Shown here: positions 1-12,705 of the stretch, piece after piece
Layout: the number at the start of each line of letters is the position of its first letter
Numbering within the stretch: position 1 is the first letter of the stretch
From: Squalus acanthias
Lineage: Eukaryota
Length of the DNA stretch: 64,000 nucleotides
Reading direction: 5' to 3'
Assembly: GCA_030390025.1 (NCBI GenBank)
Contig: CM059431.1
Coordinates: 109,432,001-109,496,000, forward strand
Made by a program: the position numbers and the translations under genes
The notes under the pieces: model-generated
Told to the model about the DNA's origin: nothing
Seen by the model: only the letters and a program-made list of their open reading frames with translations
The model's database searches: none

Positions 1-434
1 TCGATTGGGCTTGTATTCGCTAGAGTTTAGAAGAATGAGACGGGATCTCATTGAAACTTATAAAATTCTAACAGGACTAGACAGACTAGATGCAGGAAGG
101 ATGTTCCCGATGGTGGGGGAGTCCAGAACCAGGGGTCACAGTCTAAGGATAAGGGGTAAGCCATTTAGGACTGAGATGAGGAGGAATTTCTTCACCCAGA
201 GAGTGGTGAACCTGTGGAATTCTCTACCACAGAAGACAGTTGAGTCCAATTCATTAAATATATTCAAGAAGGAGTTAAATATATTTCTTAAGGCTAAGGG
301 GATCAAGGGATATGGGGAGAAAGCAGGGACAGGGTACTGAATTTGGATGATCAGCCATGATCGCATTGAATGGCGGAGCAGGCTCGAGAGGCCGAATGGC
401 CTACTCCTGCTCCTATCTTCTATGTTTCTATGTT
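1..434 (+). mobile_element. CR1 LINE 3' end (ORF2 C-terminus, 3' UTR, tandem tail)
   Basis: ORF 5..340 (GLYSLEFRRMRRDLIETYKIL...RTRGHSLRI...NFFTQRVVNLWNSLP) is the CR1 ORF2 C-terminus. It ends in GGCCGAATGGCCTACTCCTGCTCC and (TATGTTTC)-type repeats. Confidence 0.93.
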
Positions 435-1078
435 AACTGGACCAGCCACATAAATACTGTGGTAACAAGAGCAGGTCAGATGCTAAGTATTCTGCGGTGA
501 GTGTCTCACCTCCTGACTCCCCAAAGCCTTTCCACCGTCTAAAAGGCACAAGTCAGGAGTGTGATGGAATACTCTCCACTTGCCTGGATGAGTGCAGCTC
601 CAACAATACTCAAGAAACTCGACACCATCCAAGACAAAGCTGCCCGCTTGATTGACACCTCATCCACCACCTTAAACATTCACTCCATCCACCACCGGAG
701 TACCGTGGCTGCAGTGTGTACCATCTACAAGATGCACTGCAGCAACTCACCAAGACTTCTTCGGTAGCACCTCCCAAACCGTGATCTCTGCCACCTAGAA
801 GGACAAGGGCAGCAGGCGCATGGGAACACCACCACCTCCAAGTTCCCCTCCAAGTCACACACCATCCTGACTTGGAAATATAACGCCGTTCCTTCATCGT
901 CACTGGGTCAAAATCCTGGAAATCCCTCCCTAACGGCACTGTGGGAGTACCTTCACCTCACGGACTGCAGCGGTTCAAGAAGGTGGCTCACCACCACCTT
1001 CTCAAGGGCAAGTAGGGATGGGCAATAAAAGCTGGCCTTGCCAGCGACGCTCACACCCCATGAACGAATAAAAAAAAA
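435..1078 (+). mobile_element. LINE-B (CR1/L2-supergroup non-LTR) 3' fragment
   Basis: C-terminal peptide MEYSPLAWMSAAPT.LKKLDTIQDKAARLI...HHR.TVAAVCTIYKMH...SWNSLP. The 3' tail GGGCAATAAA.GCTGGCCTTGCCAGCGAC plus A-tail recurs at 2033, 7410, 18928, 46385 and 60618. Confidence 0.85.
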
Positions 1079-1128
1079 GTGAGTATATTGTTTTCCTGCC
1101 AATCACTGACCTGCGAATTGAGATTACA

Positions 1129-1866
1129 GACCTAGAAATTCCATCGCGCCCAAAAATAGACACGCAGGGGGACGTGCTGCACACGCCTATTCACGTGGTC
1201 GCAGGGACCACATTAAATTAGAATGAGTCAGTCGATCAGCCAGCGCTACCTACGCTGTTCATTGGATGCACTCCCAGATGGGAGAGGGGGTTCGGGACAT
1301 CGGGCTTCACTGATGTCATTTAAAGGCAGCTAGCACCTCTTAAAGGGGAGTGGCATTCTGGCTGCAGGCAGCATTGAAATGCTGTGAAGCTTTAAAAGGG
1401 CTGGAAGAGGTACAGAGAGTGCACCCAGGTTCTTGAATGCAACTTTGGAGGCCCTGGTCCAGGCTGTCAGAAAGCCCTCCAGCCAACACCTCTGCCGCCA
1501 GTGGGAAGAGGAGGTGAATGCCAACAGCCTAGCTCCCAGGACATGGCTTCAATGCAAGAAAATGTTCAATGATCTCACAAGAGTTGTCAAGGTAAGAATC
1601 TTACCGCTCACCTTAATTACTCTTTCCTCACACCTCCACCAGCTGCAGCCTCATTACTCGCAATATTCCCCACCCCAATTCCCCTTTACTCTCCTACAAT
1701 CACTGCACCACGCTTCACTCTGACTCCTTCGCCTCCTACTCACACAGTCTGCACCTTCTACTCTCACCACTATTGCAGCTCACACTTCCCCACACCTCAC
1801 ATCATCCACCCAACATACAAACTATTCCACTTCCAGGGACATTCTCAAGACACCTCACAGCATCAC
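1129..1866 (+). mobile_element. PIF/Harbinger left end with Myb/SANT-like gene exon 1 remnant
   Basis: TIR-like GACCTAGAAATT at 1129, with subterminal sequence similar to 37500. Peptide LEALVQAV...PRTWLQCKKMFNDLTRVVK is followed by donor AAG|GTAAGA (GT at 1592). No right end found. Confidence 0.7.
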
Positions 1867-2422
1867 TAAAAAACAGATTTCCTGGTCGTTATCTCATTGC
1901 TGTTTGTGGGACCTTGCTGTGCGCAAATTGGCTGCCGCGTTTCCTACATTACAGCAGTGACTACATTACAAAAAGTACTTCATTGGCTGTAAAGCACTTT
2001 GAGATGTCCTGAGATCGTGAACGGCCCTATATGTGCCATCGACAAGATGCACTGCAGCAACTCGCCAAGACTCCTTCGACAGCACCTCCCAAACCCGCGA
2101 CCTCTACCACCTAGAAGGACGAGGGCAGCAGGCACATGGGAACACCACCACCTCCAAGTTCCCCTCCAAGTCACACACCATCCTGTCTTGGAAGTATATC
2201 GGTCGTTCCTTCATCGTCGCTGGGTCAAAATCCTGGAACTCCCTCCCTAACAGCACTGTGGGAGTACCTTCACCACACGGTCTGCAGCGGTGCAAGAAGG
2301 CGGCTCACCACCACCATCTCAAGGACAATTAGGGATGGGCAATAAATGCTGGCCTTGCCAGCGACACCCACATCCCAGAAGCGAATGAAAAAAAATAAAA
2401 TGCAAGTCCTTTTTCTTTCTTT
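1867..2422 (+). mobile_element. Deu-domain (SacSINE1-like) SINE 3' half, tail split by LINE-B insertion
   Basis: Matches the reverse complement of the 59537-59983 copy. The tail ...GCCCTATAT resumes as AATGCAAGTCCTTTTTCTTTC after about 2398. Confidence 0.8.
2033..2397 (+). mobile_element. LINE-B 3' fragment nested in SINE tail
   Basis: KMHCSNSPRLLRQHLPNPRPLPPRR plus LINE-B tail and A-run, lying between the two halves of the SINE tail. Confidence 0.85.
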
Positions 2423-2623
2423 TCACTAACCTGATTCCACGTAAATGGAATTAGTGTCACTAACAGACCTCCTTCTTTATTGCTGGAGAAACAATTTCTG
2501 CAAGTTCCTTACAAAACATTTCCACCAATCTGACAATAGTGTCAGCTATGAAGGATGATCCAAAGGAAGCGTTTGATAATTCCCTCTCCCCACATGTTGT
2601 CCCATCATGTTATTTACAATATA

Positions 2624-3161
2624 CAGGAAACTCTTTGGTATCCGGCACCGACGGGACCGGCGTGGTGCCGGTTGATCAAAAGTTCCGGATAACGGAGAGT
2701 TATATCTACCGAGGCTATTTTTAACAAACAAAAATAAAAAAATCAAGAAATGTGCAGTATACAGTATTTGGGTACTCACCTACAGAATGTTGTGCTAAAT
2801 GGATGGTGGAAGATGCTTGATTAAGTACAGTAATGCCAGTTGAGGGTAATCCATAACTCTTTAATCACTTAACAGTAAAACAAAACTTACACACAGTAAA
2901 ATGGCCGATCAGAAGAGACTCCCGGCAGCGCGCGAGAATCAGACTCCTGTTACTGCAGTGTTCGGACTTCCGACAGCGCCAGGAGGCCGAGTAGTGGCAC
3001 TTTGGAGAACTACCCCCACTGACTAACTCGGCGTTCGCGGGAGACTCGGACTCGGACTCGGCAACATTGCCGGTTATTTGAGAGGAGTTTTCGGAGTATG
3101 ATTTTTGCCGGTTAAGAGAGAATTCCGGATATTTAGGTGCCGGTTAAACAAGAGTTTCCTG
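2624..3161. mobile_element. Tc1/mariner-superfamily (Tigger/pogo-like) MITE
   Basis: 26-bp imperfect TIRs: CAGGAAACTCTTTGGTATCCGGCACC versus rc CAGGAAACTCTTGTTTAACCGGCACC. TA flanks both sides (2622-2623, 3162-3163). Confidence 0.85.
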
Positions 3162-3699
3162 TATATAGGTTGACTGTATTCCAAGACACCCGAGCAGTTG
3201 GGCAATAACCACAGCAAACCCTTGAACAGCATATCAACCTTCACATATCGCAGAAGTGGGAGCAAAACTTAATACCTTAGATTTTACCTGGCAAACCAAA
3301 AGTATGCCGGGAATGCAATCAAAGCGGAATTGGGTGTTTTGAAATTTTGCAATCTCTTTCATTTCTAATCAAAAGGCGATTCAAAAAACATTTTCACAAG
3401 GCACCTGAAATTCTCAGTAGCATTCTTGACTGACAGAAGCGCTGCAGGTGATGAACTGTAATTGGCTGGAATGCTGCACTTCAAATAAATAACAGGTTGC
3501 AGTTTTGAAAGAGTCTACCTGATCGCATTGTGTACCTGAGCGTTGCTACAGAACTGATCTTCTTGAGGCTGATTATGCAATGTAAGTGCTCCATCACTAA
3601 TTAACGTTCGGAAATCACAGCTGTATTTTCTTTACAACTTGCAAACCCAAAACAGAGAGACTGACTAAAAGAACTGCATTAATATGCGCCTCTCGGGAA

Positions 3700-3853
3700 A
3701 CTGGCAGGATTGAGTGTGACGCTGGTTTTATACCCCGCCCTAAATTACTCTCCATTGAAGTCAACAGAGAGTAATATTGGGCGGGGTGTAAAACCGGTAT
3801 TCCACCCGATCCCATTGTGTTCCCACCAAGAGAGTTAGGTTAAAATTGCCCCC
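3700..3853. mobile_element. Harbinger-type MITE fragment with internal hairpin
   Basis: 29-bp inverted repeat at 3724-3752 / 3767-3795. Right terminus AAAATTGCCCCC. Left terminus not found. Confidence 0.5.
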
Positions 3854-3870
3854 TATAATGTTGCTACACA

Positions 3871-4641
3871 GGCCGGGGTTTCCCGCAGGCCCTGCTGACT
3901 TTAACGGCAGGGCCTGATTTGAATGTGAGGCCTTGGATTCCCGCCCGCAGCCAGCCAGATTGAGAGGCTGGCCGGCTGCGGGCAGGTAGGCCTCAGAAGT
4001 GAGAGGCGGGGATCCGGGGGAGGGATCGCGGGAGGGGGTCGACAATCGGTCGGCGATCGGTGAGGGGGAGAGGATCGGCAGGGGTCAGGGATCAGGAGGG
4101 GGAGGGGGGAGTCGGGCAGGAATCAGGGGGGTGGGGAGGGGGTGGTAGTCGGGCAGGGATCGGGAGGTGGGGAGAGAGTTTCAGAGCCGGCCACATGAGC
4201 ATCACGGCTGGCCTTTTCATCATCGTTGTGGGGGGGAGGCCTGGGGTGGTGATCGGAGGCCTCGTGAGGGGGTCTCCAATCACGGGGGGTGTGTATGGTC
4301 GGGTCCCTGGATCCAGGAGGCAGGTATAAAACCACTTACCTCCTGGATGCAGCAGCCCCTGCCTCGGTTTAACTGCCGGGTTTCATGAATTGTGTGAAAC
4401 CCGTCCACAGGCAATTAAATTCAGAATGGACGGGGAAACAGAGGCTTCCCACCTCATTACAATATTTAAATTGAGGTAACGCCCCCTGGGAGCGGGTTGG
4501 TCGCTCGCCCACTGTCCCGCCTCCAGCAAAACCGGAAGTGGGCGGGTTGGAGGCGGGATCAGGTTGGGATTCACATTTTTAACACTTTAACTGCCCCCAC
4601 GCTCCAAGCCCACCCGTGTTTTTTAGGGGAAAATTCCGGCC
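3871..4641. mobile_element. Harbinger-type MITE with G-rich core
   Basis: Termini GGCCGGGGTTTCCC / GGGGAAAATTCCGGCC. Flanks are ACA/ACT, a 3-bp TSD with one mismatch. Confidence 0.7.
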
Positions 4642-5013
4642 ACTGTTTTTTGTTACGTGGGGAAGTACTTGGTTTGATGCAACTTAGGCCCAGCTCAGAT
4701 AGATTGTTGGGGAGAGGGCTTGAGAATAAGGCAGTGACAAATTCAGACATTTTCTTCAATGCATAAATGCAAAGTTTTCTTGATTACTTTTTGTTTCAAG
4801 GAGGTTTTATTGCTTCAATTGTTTCCTGTCTCTGCCTTCCTGATCACTCACCTAATAAATACGTGTTTGTACAAAATAAGGTCAGAGCTACAAGACAAGG
4901 CCAATTATGATAGCTATAAGAATGTTTAAAATCCAGTGGCTCAATTGGTAAATGGATTGTCCTGTTAACCAAACACAGACGTCCACAGCTCCCTGGTCTA
5001 ACTTAAATGTGCT

Positions 5014-8000
5014 TATGTTATTGGGTTAATAATAATGATCTGGAGACATGAGTTCAAATCTCACCATGGCAGTTGGGGAACATAAATTCAGTTAATTAAA
5101 TAAATCTGAAATTAAAAAACTAGAATCAGTAATGTTGGCCATGAAACTACCGGGAAAAACCCATCTGGTTCACTAATGTCCTTTCGGGAAGGAAAGTTGC
5201 CGTCCTTACCCAGTCTGGCCTATATGTGACTCCAGACCCACAGCAATGTGGTTGACTCTTAACTGCCCTCTGAAATGGCCCAGCAAGCCATTCGGTTGTA
5301 TCAAACCGCGACGAAAATTACATTGAGAATAAAACTGGACGGACCACCGAGCATCGACCTAGGCATTGGATTCGGGCACGACAAAGGCACACCCAGCCCA
5401 GTAAACCCTGCAAAGTCCTCCTCACTAACATCTGGGGACCTGCGGCAATATTGAGAGAGCTGTCCCACAGACTAGTCAAGCAACAGCCTGACATAGTCAT
5501 ACTCATAGAATCATACCTATTAACCAACGTCCCGGACTTGTCCATCACCATCCCAGGGTATGTCCTGTCCCACCAGCAGGGCAGACCCACCAGAGGTGGC
5601 AGCACAGTGGTATACATTCAGGAGGGAGTGGCCCTGGGAGTTCTCAACATTGACTGCGGACCGCATGAAGTCTCATGGCATCAGATCAAACATGGGCAAG
5701 GAAACCTCTTGCTGATTACCACCTACCGCCCTCCTTCACCTGATAAATCAGTACCTCTCTATGGTGAACACCACTTGGAGGAAGCACTGAGGGTAGCAAG
5801 GGCACAGAATATACTCTGGGTGGGGGACTTCAATGTCCACCACCAAGAGTGGCTCAGTAGCACCATTACTGACCGAGCTGGCCGAGTCCTGCAGGATATA
5901 ACTGCTAGACTGGGTTTGCGGCAGGTGGTGAGAGAATCAACATGAGGGAAAAACTTATGAAAGGGAAATCGTGTTTGACAAACTTATTAGAGTTTTTTGA
6001 GGATGTAACTAGCAGGGTAGATGAAGGGGAACCAGTGGATGTAGTATATTTGGATTTCCAAAAGGCATTCAATAAGGTGCCACATAAAAGGTTATTACAC
6101 AAGATTAGGGCTCATGGGGTTGGAGGTAATATAGTAGCATGGATAGAGGATTGGTTAAAGGACAGAAAACAGCAAGTTGGCAGGCTGTAACTAGTAGGGT
6201 GCCGTAAGGATCAGTGTTGGGGCCTCAGCTATATACAATCTATATCAATGACCTAGATGAAGGGACCGAGTGTAATGTATCCAAGTTTGCTGACAATACA
6301 AAGCTAGGTAGGACAATAAGCTGTGAGGAGAACACAAAAGAGTCTGCAAAGGGATATAGTTAGACTAAGTGAGTGGGAAGTAAAGTGGCAGATGGAGTTA
6401 AATGTAGGGAAATGTGAGGTTATTCACTTTGGTAGGAAGAATAGAAAAACAGAATATTTTTTAAATGGTGAGAAACTTTCAAATGTTGGTGTTCAGAGAG
6501 ATTTGGTGTCCTCGTGCAAGAAACACAAAAAGCTAGCATGCAGGTACAGCAAGCAATAAGGAAGGCAAATGGCATGTTGGCCTTTATTGCAAGGGGGTTG
6601 GAGTATAAGAGTAAGGAAGTCTTGCTACAATTGTACAGGTCCTTGGTGAGACCACACCTGCAGTACTGTACACAGTTTTGGTCTCCTTACCTAAGGAAGG
6701 ATATACTTGCTCTGGAGGCGGTGCAATGAAGATTCACTCGATTGATTCCCAGGATGAGAGGGCTGTCCTATGATGAGAGATTGTGTAGAATGGGCCTATA
6801 CTCTCTGGAGTTTAGAAGAATGAGAGGTGATCTCATTGAAACATACAAGATTCTGAGGGGAATTGACAGGGTAGATGTTGAGAGGTTGTTTCCCCTGGCT
6901 GGAGAGTCTAGAACTAGGGGGCATAGTCTCAGGATAAGGGGTCGGCCATTTAAGACTGAGATGAGGAGGAATTTCTTCATTCAGAGGGTTGTGAATCTTT
7001 GGAATTCTCTACCCCAGAGGGCTGTGAATGCTGAGTCTTTGAGTTTATTCAAGGCTGAGATAGATAGATTTTTGGACTCTAGGGGAATCAAAGGATATGG
7101 AGATCGGGCGGGAGAATGGAGTTGAGGTCGATGATCAGCCATGATCTTATTGAATGGCGGAGCAGGCTCGAGGGGCCGTATGGCCTACTTCTGCTCCTAT
7201 TTCTTATCTTCTTATGTTCTTATTTTACTTGACCCCGTCCTCACCAATCTACCTGTCGCAGATGCATCTATCCATGACAGTATTGGTAGGAGTGGCCACC
7301 GCACAGTCTTTGTGGAGACGAAGTCCTGTCTTCGCACTGAGGACACCCTCCATTGTGTTGTGTGGCACTACCACTGTACTAAATGGGATAGATTCAGAAC
7401 AGATCTCCAACAAAAGAGAGTCTAACCACATCCCCATGACATGCAATGGCATTATTATCATTGAAGCCCCCACCATCAACATCCTGGGGGTCACCATTGA
7501 CCAGAAACTTAACTGGACCAGCCTCATAAATATTGTTGCTACTAGAGCAGGTCAGAGGTTGGGTAATACTCTCCACTTGCCTGGATGAGTGCAGCTCCAA
7601 CAACACTCAAGAAGCTTGACACCATCCAAGACAAAGCGGCCTGTTTGATCCACCACCTTAAACATCCACTTCCTCCATCACAGGCGCACCGTGGCTGCAG
7701 TGTGTACCATCTACAAGATGCACTGCAGCAACTCGCCAAGGCTTCTTCGACAATACCTCCCAAACCCGCAACCTCTATCACCTGGAAGAACAAGTGCATC
7801 AGGCACATGGGCACACCACCACCTCCAAGTTCCCCTCCAAAGTCACACACCATCCTGACTTAGAAGTATATCGCCAATCCTTCATCGTCACTGGGTCAAA
7901 ATCCTGGAACTCCCTCCGTAACAGCACTGTGGGAGTACCTTCACCACACGGACTGCAGCGGTTCAAGAAGGCGGCTCACCACCACCTTCTCAAGGGCAAC

Positions 8001-8068
8001 TAGGGATGGGCAATAAATGCTGGCCTTGCCAGCGACGCCCACATCCCGTGAATGAATAAATAAATAAA
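5014..8068 (+). mobile_element. LINE-B with SINE-like 5' UTR and APE endonuclease, internally deleted RT, and 3' tail; interrupted by CR1
   Basis: APE motifs PDIVILIES, RPTRGG, TYRPPS, VGDFNVHH (5451-5945) continue as LDPVLTN...SGHRTV after 7225. The sequence jumps at about 7407 to the RT C-terminus and ends in the (TAAA)n tail. Confidence 0.85.
5958..7223 (+). mobile_element. 5'-truncated CR1 LINE (RT domain to 3' end) nested in LINE-B
   Basis: KGKSCLTNLLEFFEDVT, VYLDFQKAF, KFADNTK and a CR1 tail, with frameshifts and stops. Host RGKNL|LDPVLTN is split, with TTA on both sides. Confidence 0.93.
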
Positions 8069-8182
8069 TGAGGCCCTAGGCCCAATATTGAATTTGCCTT
8101 GGGCCTACCCGTTTCGGTGCAGGGATTGCTCTCTGTACCTAGTCTGTGCCGGCAGGCCAATGCTATTCAATTTTATCCGCAT

Positions 8183-11060
8183 AAGATCTACAGCACAAAA
8201 ACAAGCCATTTGGCCCAACTGATCTATACCAGTGTTTATACTCCACACAAGCCTTTCTCACTCTAATTACCTCCTCCCACCGTGCCCCCATATCATCCTA
8301 TTCCATTTTCTCTCATGTATAAATCAAGCCTCCCCTTAAATATATCAATGCTATTTCCTTCAGCCACTCCATGAGGCAGTGAGTTCTACATTCACAGTGT
8401 AAATAAATTCCTCCTAAATTCTTTATTTGATCTGTTTGTGGAAACAGCTTCTCCACATCCACCCTATTAATCACCTCCTTAATTCTGAGGCCCTCTATCA
8501 ATTTGCTTCTTAGTCTTCTCTTTTCCGGAGATAACACTGTTAACCTGCTCAATCTTTGACACCATGGCCGTGATTTTGGCCTACCAAGACGGGCTCAGTG
8601 TGGCCGAGGTAGGTGGCGGGTGACGACCCCACTCCCGGCACCATCCCGCACTGTGAGAAGAATTTTTCCCCTGATTGGGCTTGTTAAGCTCGCTTTGCGA
8701 GGTTCCCAGCCAATTAAAAGGAAGCGGGTCTGATGACGCCATTTGATGACGCGTCATCAGCTGGTTTCCTTAAAGGGACCATGTGCGCATTCATTTTGAC
8801 AGTTGTGCTGTCAGTGTTCTGCAGCATTGAGGTGCTGCAAACACTGACGAGCATGGAACAAAGGTGCACGGCTGCACCCAGGCCCTCCCATGACTTTCTC
8901 CATATGTTTATGGAGGGAATCACAGCACGCAGGGAGGTTCTCTTCCCTTTCAATGGGCGGAAGACACCTCCCCAGGAGATCAACGCAGCCTGGTTGCACA
9001 TTGCAGAGGAGGACACGAGCAGGGATGTCGTGAGGAGGACCAGGCTGCAGTGGTGCAAACCTTTCAATGATCTCAGTAGATCACGAAACTTTACTGCAAA
9101 GCCACACTCAACGTCATCCTGCTGTGCCTCTCATCACATCCCCATCACTCTGCCTTCCCTACCCTACTCCTGCACATCCCTACTCTCACCAACTTAACTT
9201 GCACCTCCACCCATCCCTCTCTATCTACATCATCACTTCCCCATCTCACTCGCCACCCCACACACTCAGCCGCATCCTTGTCCAATCATACCAACTAACA
9301 ACACACAAGGGTAGGCACTTGGGTGTTTTTGCCAATGTTCATGTAAAGTTTCTGTTGATGTGTTGCCAAACATTGAAATCTTTATTTTCCACACTTTGCC
9401 TTCTTGGACAGATTTATGTGTACCTTTGGAAGTGGCTTAGTGAGTTGCAGTGAATGGTGAGACATAACGTTACCCCCGTAATGGTGATGAGTGTGAAAGG
9501 AATGGCTTCGGCATTGTAGGGATGTTTTATGCCGTTGGTGTGGGGTGGTGCCAATCTGGCACATCATCAAGTGAAGTAAATCTGGCCATGGTGAGGCCAT
9601 CCCTGGCCTCCTGGGCAGCAATGTGGTCGGGTGCTGATGCCCTGTGTCCTGTGCAGCATCAGGTGATTGTGGAGCAGGTTGGTGTTGTTGTTGCTGATGT
9701 TGGTGTGTCTGGTGATGTTGGTGTTGGGGCTGATCATGGTGGGATTCTGAGGACCAAGGTGAGATTTTTTCAAGGGCACCAATGCTGCTGGAATAGATGG
9801 CAGCTGAAGTTGAGATGACAGAAGCGATCTGTCAATGGTGAGAGAGCTTGCTCCAAGGAGGTGACATTGGATAAAGAGTTTACTACAAACACTTCCAACC
9901 TGCATAAAGCTGAAAAGTGTATTCCTAATCCTGAAGGCTCCAGCTTCTAACATTAGAAAGTGAACAGCTGTGAAATGGTAGTTTTTATACCACTTTTGCA
10001 GCTGTCACCTATTCAGAGCAATGGAGAGTCAATGAAAACCCAACCTATTTACCTGACGTGATTCCCAAGCACCGTGAAACTCATCAAAAAGCTGGAAAAA
10101 TGGTGAGTACATGGTAAAATGCTGTTTAAGTACCTCTTAGCAAGCCCTTAACTATGTGAATTGGCTCCCCCAGCGCTTGGTGTCGGGTCTGTAATGCGCA
10201 GACAGACCCGGCACTTGGGAAACTAACATGGAAGCAGGTTGACAGCGGGATCCCGACCCACTGTCAGTCTTTTCTATTTTGATAGCGGACCCACCTCAGA
10301 ACCCGCCCTCTGAGCGCCAGCAAAATTCCAGCCCATGTCTCCAATTCCTGTGTCCAAATCATTTATCTGTACGGTAAACAACAGTGGTCCCAGCATGGAA
10401 TACTGTAGGACACCACCTTTTGCCAATCTGAGAAACTTCCATGAAGTCCTACACTCTGTTTTGGTACCATCTTTCAAACCATTCTGCTAGCTGGCTCCTG
10501 ACTCCATGTTCCCTGACCTTTGTCATGAGTCTCTTGTGTGACACCTTACTGAAGACCTTCTGAAAATCCATGTATACTACTTCCACTATATTGCCCTTAT
10601 CTACACTGTTACTACTTCAACGATTTCAATAAGGTTGGTTACACATGACCTTCCTTTAAGAAATCCATGCTGATTTAAAAAAAGATATATATTCAACATC
10701 TCCAGGTGTTTTGTTGTCTGATCTTTTAGCAAAAATTATAGTATCTTTCCTACCATTGACATTAAGCTAACTGGTCTACCGTTCCCTGGATTCTTTCTAT
10801 CTTCCTTTTTGCTGTCCATCAGTCCTCTGGCACTATTCCTTTTTCTTTTCCTAATGAATTTTTATATACTCCTCTGCTATCTCCTCCCTAGTTTCTTTGA
10901 GTATCCTTCGGTGCAATCCATCTGGACCTGGGATCTTGTCCTCCTTAAGTTTGTGTCGTATCTCCTTTCTTTCTACCTTAACAGTTGTAATATCCCTCTT
11001 GACTTCTTCTACTGTTGTCATTGCCTCTTCGGTAGCCATTTCAGTGAAAACTGAGATAAA
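8183..11060 (-). mobile_element. Degenerate, internally deleted CR1 LINE interrupted by a Harbinger element
   Basis: Minus-strand peptides DKIPGPDGLHRRILKE, SMLGPLLFTVQINDLDTGIGDM|MVSK and LSPEKRRLRSKLIE, plus a CR1-like 3' end near 8185-8230. Confidence 0.75.
8566..10333 (+). mobile_element. Non-autonomous Harbinger element, family 1 (Myb/SANT exon remnant)
   Basis: Termini GGCCGTGATTTT / AAAATTCCAGCC with CAT TSD. Peptide APRPSHDFL...REVLFP...AWLHIAEE...LQWCKPFNDL. Homologous to 24947 and 30981. Confidence 0.88.
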
Positions 11061-12705
11061 GTTATCTCATCAGCATCCCTGCCATTTCAATACTATCTCC
11101 TGCGAGAGTAGACACAAGAAGGGCAACACAAGTAGACACAAGGTTTGGGCTCTTGAACACTCTGTAGCCTGTTGGAAAGTGTACACGTGTGGACGTGACA
11201 CGAGGGTAGGATTGGGCAAGGCTGTGATGGCTCTGTGGCCAAGTAAGCTACTGGCATTCTTTGTTCATTGTTTTGTCTCTCACGTGAGGGACTATGAGGT
11301 ATTGGAGGCACGGGTGGAATCGTGAAAACGACTTCAGCATAAGTCAATGCTTTCAGGGGTAGAGGGGAGAAAATGGAGAGGAAAAAAATGGAAAGAAAAA
11401 TAAAACTTAAAAATCAAATAGAAATGAAGCACGTCAGAGAAGAAAATAGAAAAATGATAATGAATAGGCAGATTCGCGAACTAGCATGGAACCAATAGGA
11501 GCTAACTGCAATTGACAAAATATATCGTGATGCAAAAGTTAAAATATAAAAACTCTGCATAGAAAAATAACAAACTCAGAAGAAAACTTGGTTAAGGATT
11601 ATCTAAGGCTGACAGCTAAGGCAGTAAGTACTTAACTCTGGCACCAATTTTCTGCATACAAGCTGGCAGCAGGGAGCATCGCTGGCTGGCTGCACATGTC
11701 AGGGAATCACAAGCATAACGCCCACAATTTTCTGATGTGCACTGGCAGTGGCTGAGACTCCCTGCTGCCAATGTGAACGAGGAGAATTCACCCTATAGTT
11801 GTTATCCTATTGTTTTAAATCAATTGTTTTTCTAGCTATCCAGGATTCCTCAATGGAGCTTTGTATGAGCTGTTTGTTGTTGTTAATTGGGCAGCTTTTT
11901 TGTTTTGTTTTGTATTTTCATCTTTTACCACAAGTTCAAACAGATTTAAGTCACACTAGCACTTTTAGCTCAAAGTAAATTGGAAATAAAAGTGAGGAAA
12001 GCTTAAGCAGATTAGGTGCCGCAAGACACGATAACATCTTGATGTTACAGTAGACATTACAACAGAATTTCCTCTTTGAATAGTTTCTCACTGTGATTAA
12101 TGATCCACTAATGAAATCGCATCATCATGCTGCAAAGCCACACATGATTTTGCGAGCAGATTATTAGTTGCAAAGAAAAACAAACACAGGTGCATGTTGG
12201 GAACTGTAGCCTGCTGGGATTAGACCCCTCAGGTGACAGTGATAGATCTGGGAACCTGTGGGAAGTCAAGACTAAGGCTTCTCAACATGTACAGGCCTCT
12301 GAAGAAAACATTGCTACACTCGTTTCAAACGCAGAATACGTTGCTTTACAGGTGAGTTTACTCGTTTTCTTGTAAACTTTTATCATTTTTATGTTACAAA
12401 CCTCATTTCCATTTGGCTGAAACTTGCAATTTTAGTGGAGAAAGTAAGATGGTGGCTGTAAGTTTTCAAATCATGTTTAGAGCAGTTTGCTTGGCTCCCC
12501 TGCTGTTCCTTCCCAGTGGTAGCCATTTCTGACTGCTGATTTTGATTGGAAGCTTTTGAAATTGCTGCTTGATCATTTTCATTTCTGTTTGCTATGTGTT
12601 GATTGGTACTTTGTCGAGCTGTTCAGTTCGAATTTGTCACTGTTTTATGAATTGGATATTTTAGCCAGTCAGGTACAAGCGTGATACGGGAATTTGGTGT
12701 AATAT

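Noticed and set aside
8733..9197. Domesticated MSANTD/NAIF1-like host gene
   Set aside because: It lies within TIR/TSD-bounded repeats present three times, and is truncated after the SANT exon.
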